The position numbers and the translations under genes are program-made. From a virus (Duplodnaviria > Caudoviricetes): a stretch of DNA of 52,781 nucleotides. This document shows positions 52,659 to 52,781 of the stretch, in pieces; position 1 is the stretch's first letter, and each line of letters starts with the position of its first letter. The stretch is taken from positions 1-52,781 of IMG/VR virus record IMGVR_UViG_3300048834_000156, one strand, 5' to 3'. The notes beneath the pieces are model-generated. The model made no database searches, was not told the origin of the DNA, and saw only the letters and a list, made by a program, of their open reading frames with translations.

Positions 52659-52781
52659 ACACCCCACCAGAGATCGAACCTGTAGGAGCAGAGCATGCCG
52701 AGCCGTGAACCCGTACCCGCCGTGCAGCCGGTGCCGCCTCGGTACTCGCTGCTCGTGGCGGCGCAGGTGCCAGAGGGTGCG
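52655..52781. repeat. Terminal direct repeat, copy 2 (identical to 1-127)
   Basis: Identical to the first 127 nt. Confidence 0.9.

Noticed and set aside
49938-52667. 909-aa minus-strand ORF and other long antisense or alternate-frame ORFs (e.g. 2097-3452, 3532-4896, 6274-7503)
   Set aside because: These are shadow ORFs typical of high-GC coding DNA: Arg/Gly/Ala-rich, no motifs, fully overlapping well-supported + strand genes.
1-52781. tRNA/tmRNA genes or genetic-code reassignment
   Set aside because: No cloverleaf with a T-loop GTTCRA in intergenic gaps; TGA, TAG and TAA all end well-defined genes, so the in-frame TGA at 15539 is not general recoding.

Overview
The window is an apparently complete, circular-mapping, high-GC tailed phage genome of about 52,654 bp; bases 1-127 are repeated at 52655-52781, which looks like an assembly overlap. 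Essentially all genes are on the + strand. It has a siphovirus-type tail and an actinobacteriophage-like head module: a portal-MuF fusion, a maturation protease and separate capsid hexamer and pentamer proteins, as in Patience/Rosebush-like phages. Other modules are three glycosyltransferases (one fused to an FkbM methyltransferase) inside the virion operon, holin and amidase lysis genes, Gam/RecT recombination, a lambda-O-like initiator with internal iterons plus a DnaC-like loader, two helicases, two DNA methyltransferases and many small ORFs. I found no integrase, tRNA or CRISPR array. The non-coding signals are the most interesting part. (i) A palindrome, ATACCG(C/T)GGTAT, overlaps sigma70-type promoters at 12 loci. 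(ii) A 10-nt ribosome-binding signature, ACCCAAGGAG, sits downstream of 8 of those promoters. (iii) A candidate ~85-nt sRNA with its own promoter and terminator carries UCCUUGGG, the exact antisense of that signature. (iv) Many virion genes appear leaderless. (v) A candidate ~190-nt pseudoknotted ncRNA lies between the protease and capsid genes. All product calls come from motif recognition by eye and from gene order, not from database searches.
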